DNA of 64,000 nt, taken from Chthoniobacteraceae bacterium (lineage in GTDB: Bacteria > Verrucomicrobiota > Verrucomicrobiia > Chthoniobacterales > Chthoniobacteraceae). Below, piece by piece: positions 60,940 through 64,000 of the stretch; the stretch's first letter is position 1; each line of letters begins with the position of its first letter. The translations under genes and the position numbers were made by a program. The DNA lies in NCBI GenBank assembly GCA_031409335.1, contig JANNWY010000170.1, positions 32,001-96,000 on the forward strand. The letters are read 5' to 3'. The notes under the pieces were generated by a model. That model was not told where the DNA came from, ran no database searches, and worked only from the letters and a program-made list of their open reading frames with translations.

Positions 60940-62105
60940 ACCCAATCCCAATCGCACTCATCCCAACTCTGGCATTTGCGCTGACCGCTTCAGCTCAAGT
61001 CACCACTGGCCGTTTTCCAGCCGAGCCGCGCAATCCCGCTGGGGAGAGGTTTGGAATCTTCAAGGTGCCGGCAGAGGCCGTAAAAAAGCTGAGCGCAGCG
61101 CAAGCATTCGCCGATGGCTTGGGCTTAAAATCTGCAAGAGAGTTCAACCAAACCTTTGCGCGCGCGCTGAAACTCTCCGAAACCGAAATCCGCATCGACG
61201 AAAGCGCCCACAAGCAGCCGTCTAGCTTTGGCGCGTCAAACTTCAACCAACGGACGACGACTTTTCAGAAGTTCATTCGTATCGACGGCCCGCGTAGTTT
61301 GGCGAATGATGAGGTTTACAATACCGGACTGAAGCGACTGATCGAGCAAACGCAGCGAGGCGAGCGAATCATGGGAGGCAAGACCGCAGGCCCGTTTGAA
61401 CTGCGGGATTGCGTGGCGGTGGGCGACAGTGTCGATTACTTTGCAACTGGCACGTTAATCAGCGAACAACTGGTCTTGAGTGCCGTGCATGTCGCCCGGC
61501 GCCGGATGCCAAAGAAGATTTTCATTGGTCACAATCTCAATATAGCTGGCGGCGGACGCGAAATCGAGGTGGCCTCCGTGCATGCGCAGACCGGCGCAAC
61601 AGTTGGAGTGGATACCCCGGAGGGGTTGCTCCTACTAGTGCTCAAGGAAAAGGTGACCGATGTATCGCCGCGTCGGTTGCCACCGCAAGCGATGTCGGCG
61701 AGCTATCCGTGGGAGAATACCGATCCCGGATTGCAGTTACTACGCATCGCTGGTTTCGGAGCAGCTTCTGGGGACGGTCTTTCCGGTTTTGGTATCAAAC
61801 GGCTTGCGGAAGTGCCCACTGCGGGGCGTTTGCCTGACGTTTATGGATTTGATCCTGCCAGCGAGTTTGCAGCGGGGTTTGACGACTTAGGGATCGACTC
61901 ATGCAGCGGTGACAGCGGCGGACCAGCTATGGTCTATATGCCGACAGAACAGGATTGGTTTCTAGTTGGCTGCACGTCACGCTCGACCAAGAGCGCGAGT
62001 GACGACGTGTGTGGAGATGGAGGTATCTACTTGAGGGCTGACACTCAGAAAGCGCGCGAGTGGATATCCACAGTCGCGGCAGCAAACGAGGTTAGATTCC
62101 CATGA
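60936..62105 (+). CDS. Secreted S1 trypsin-like protease with pro-region
   Basis: Signal peptide, R/IMGG activation site, LSAVHV, DSCSGDSGGP. Confidence 0.82.
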   Translation: MNPIPIALIPTLAFALTASAQVTTGRFPAEPRNPAGERFGIFKVPAEAVKKLSAAQAFADGLGLKSAREFNQTFARALKLSETEIRIDESAHKQPSSFGASNFNQRTTTFQKFIRIDGPRSLANDEVYNTGLKRLIEQTQRGERIMGGKTAGPFELRDCVAVGDSVDYFATGTLISEQLVLSAVHVARRRMPKKIFIGHNLNIAGGGREIEVASVHAQTGATVGVDTPEGLLLLVLKEKVTDVSPRRLPPQAMSASYPWENTDPGLQLLRIAGFGAASGDGLSGFGIKRLAEVPTAGRLPDVYGFDPASEFAAGFDDLGIDSCSGDSGGPAMVYMPTEQDWFLVGCTSRSTKSASDDVCGDGGIYLRADTQKAREWISTVAAANEVRFP

Positions 62106-62130
62106 CGACCAGATTCTGGATGGTTTCAAG

Positions 62131-62199
62131 GGGGGCGACTGGGGCTTGGCGAATCCGATCGCGGATGTCCTTGCCGAGCTTGAAATCGAGATACTCTGA
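62131..62199 (+). pseudogene. Possible relic C-terminus of a NAL1-type protease
   Basis: GGDWGLANPIADVLAELEIEIL* with no start. Resembles the terminal helix of this protease family. Confidence 0.35.
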
Positions 62200-62213
62200 C
62201 TTAGCGTCCCCGT

Positions 62214-62438
62214 ATGAACGACGACACGCTGCGGGAAGCCAAAACGCGCCTCCGCACGAAATACATTGGCCAGTGCGGAATTCACGGCGTGGGCATTCGC
62301 GAGAGCCGCAATGCCGTGTGTCTCTACCTCGAACTCGCCGGCTCGCCTGAGCAGGAGGAAACGCTGCGCGAAGCGGCGGAAGATGCACTGCCGTTCGAAC
62401 TGTTGACAGTTGAAGCACCGCCCGCTCGGATCATGTAA
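62214..62438 (+). CDS. Small protein resembling the N-terminal domain of the protease-nuclease
   Basis: KYIGQCGIHGVGI...VCLYL...LPFELLTVE parallels YFLDKPNVTSIGVG...LCIQL...VPTDVIE. Confidence 0.55.
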   Translation: MNDDTLREAKTRLRTKYIGQCGIHGVGIRESRNAVCLYLELAGSPEQEETLREAAEDALPFELLTVEAPPARIM

Positions 62439-62471
62439 GTCGCGATCGGTTTCGGAAACTAGCCGTGGGTG

Positions 62472-64000
62472 TCAGCCGATCTTTTGCTCCGCGCGTTTGC
62501 GCATTCCGGCGTTGAGGATCTTTTTGCGGAGGCGCAGGGATTTGGGGGTGACTTCCACGTATTCGTCGGGCGCGATGTATTCGAGCGAGCGCTCGAGCGT
62601 CATGACGAGCGGCGGGGAAAGGGAGATGCCTTTGCCGTCGCCGGTGCTGCGCATGTTGGAGAGCTTTTTGGCGCGGCAGGGATTCACCGGCATGTCGTCG
62701 GGACGGGCGTTTTCGCCGATGATCATTCCTTCGTAAATTTCGGCCTGCGCGCCGATGAAAAGTCGGCCGCGCTCCTGGATGGTTTCGAGCGAGTAGCTGG
62801 TGCTGATCCCCTGCTCCATCGCGACGAGCACGCCGTTGTTGCGGGTCGGGATTTCGCCTTTATACGGGCCGTATTCCTTGAAGAGATGCGACATGATGCC
62901 GTGGCCTTTCGTGCAGTTCACGAGGTCGGTCTCGAAACCGATGAGGCCGCGCGTGGGGACGATGGCCTGCACGGTGACGCTGTGCGGCTGGTGCTCCATG
63001 TGGATGATGTCGGCTTTGCGCCCGGCGAGCGATCGCAGGATGTCGCCGAGGCTGTCGTTGGGGACATCGACGTAGAGGGTTTCAAATGGCTCCATCAGCG
63101 AGCCGTCGTCGGTGCGCTGGTAGATGACCTCGGGGCGCGAGACGAGGATTTCAAAGCCTTCGCGGCGCATCTGCTCGACGAGGATGGCGATCTGCATTTC
63201 GCCGCGGGCCTGGATTTCAAAATGCCCGGCGATGTCGGTGTCGCCGAAGATGATGGAGACATTCGTGCGAGTCTCGCGGATGAGGCGCTCGCGGACTTGG
63301 CGGGCGGTGAGGAGCTTGCCTTCGCGTCCGGCGAGCGGGCCGTCGTTGATGCAAATCTTCATGGTGATCGTGGGAGGATCGATGTCCATGAAGGGCAGCG
63401 CGACGCGCTCCTCGGTGTCGGTGATGGTCTCGCCGATGAAGGCGTCCTCGAAGCCGCACAGGCCGATGATGTCGCCGGCGCTGGCGTGCTTCACTTCGAC
63501 TTTTGCGAGGCCTTCATGGGAGAAAATCGCGGTGACATTGGCGCGCTCGCGCGAGCCGTCCTTGGCGATGCGCACGCAGGTGTCGCCGAGTTTCACGCGG
63601 CCCGAGACGATGCGCCCGTAGGCGATTCGCCCGAGGTAATCGGAGTAGTCGAGGTTCGAGATGAGGAACTGGAAATACGCGACGTCGGAGGCGGGCGGCG
63701 GCGGGATGTGCTTCACGATGGCCTCGTAGAGCGGCGTCATCGTGGTGCTTTCCTCGTGGATTTCGCGCATCGCGTAGCCTTGCTTTGCGGAGGCGTAGAT
63801 GACTGGGAAATCGAGTTGCGCGTCGGTGGCGTTGAGTTCGACGAAGAGGTCGAAGATGAAGTCGAGGACCTTGTGCGGACGGGCGTTTTCGCGGTCGATT
63901 TTGTTGATGACGACGATCGGTTTCGCGCCGTTTTCGAGCGCCTTGCGGAGCACGAATTTCGTCTGCGCCTGCGGCCCATCGTGGGCATCGACGACGAGCA
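62472..64000 (-). CDS. typA: Translational GTPase TypA/BipA (5'-partial)
   Basis: NKIDR, RGEMQIAILVEQMRREGFE, PTRGLIG, KKLSNMR, EVTPKSLRLRK. Confidence 0.95.
   Translation of the reverse strand, partial: LVVDAHDGPQAQTKFVLRKALENGAKPIVVINKIDRENARPHKVLDFIFDLFVELNATDAQLDFPVIYASAKQGYAMREIHEESTTMTPLYEAIVKHIPPPPASDVAYFQFLISNLDYSDYLGRIAYGRIVSGRVKLGDTCVRIAKDGSRERANVTAIFSHEGLAKVEVKHASAGDIIGLCGFEDAFIGETITDTEERVALPFMDIDPPTITMKICINDGPLAGREGKLLTARQVRERLIRETRTNVSIIFGDTDIAGHFEIQARGEMQIAILVEQMRREGFEILVSRPEVIYQRTDDGSLMEPFETLYVDVPNDSLGDILRSLAGRKADIIHMEHQPHSVTVQAIVPTRGLIGFETDLVNCTKGHGIMSHLFKEYGPYKGEIPTRNNGVLVAMEQGISTSYSLETIQERGRLFIGAQAEIYEGMIIGENARPDDMPVNPCRAKKLSNMRSTGDGKGISLSPPLVMTLERSLEYIAPDEYVEVTPKSLRLRKKILNAGMRKRAEQKIG

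Noticed and set aside
1..64000. tRNA, rRNA, transposase or reverse transcriptase genes
   Set aside because: None recognised by eye. tRNAscan-SE or Infernal would be needed to exclude small RNAs.

Overview
High-GC bacterial chromosomal window, most likely Verrucomicrobiota/PVC (inferred from four PEP-CTERM proteins, a PVC-type heme-binding CxxCH protein, a sulfatase and a WD40/coiled-coil protein). Housekeeping genes (uup, iscS/nifS, M16 peptidase pair, CBS-type ppaC, prfC, hpnH, uvrB, pepP, partial typA) are mixed with accessory surface-protein genes. I saw no rRNA, tRNA, CRISPR array, integrase or transposase. Most notable: (1) an accessory locus at 56.3-62.4 kb with a vanadium chloroperoxidase-type gene, a trypsin-like protease/His-Me endonuclease fusion, a lipoprotein plus secreted trypsin pair, and a stand-alone copy of the protease N-domain; (2) a PEP-CTERM adhesin cassette bounded by a 135-bp direct repeat of the prfC 5' end; (3) further short relic copies of neighbouring genes; (4) GTAG-type REP doublets and 9-bp-period repeat elements; (5) a nucleotidyltransferase gene with an in-frame stop; (6) a ~2,645-aa adhesin built of three ~830-aa macro-repeats. 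Start codons and alignments were read by eye, and no database searches were run.
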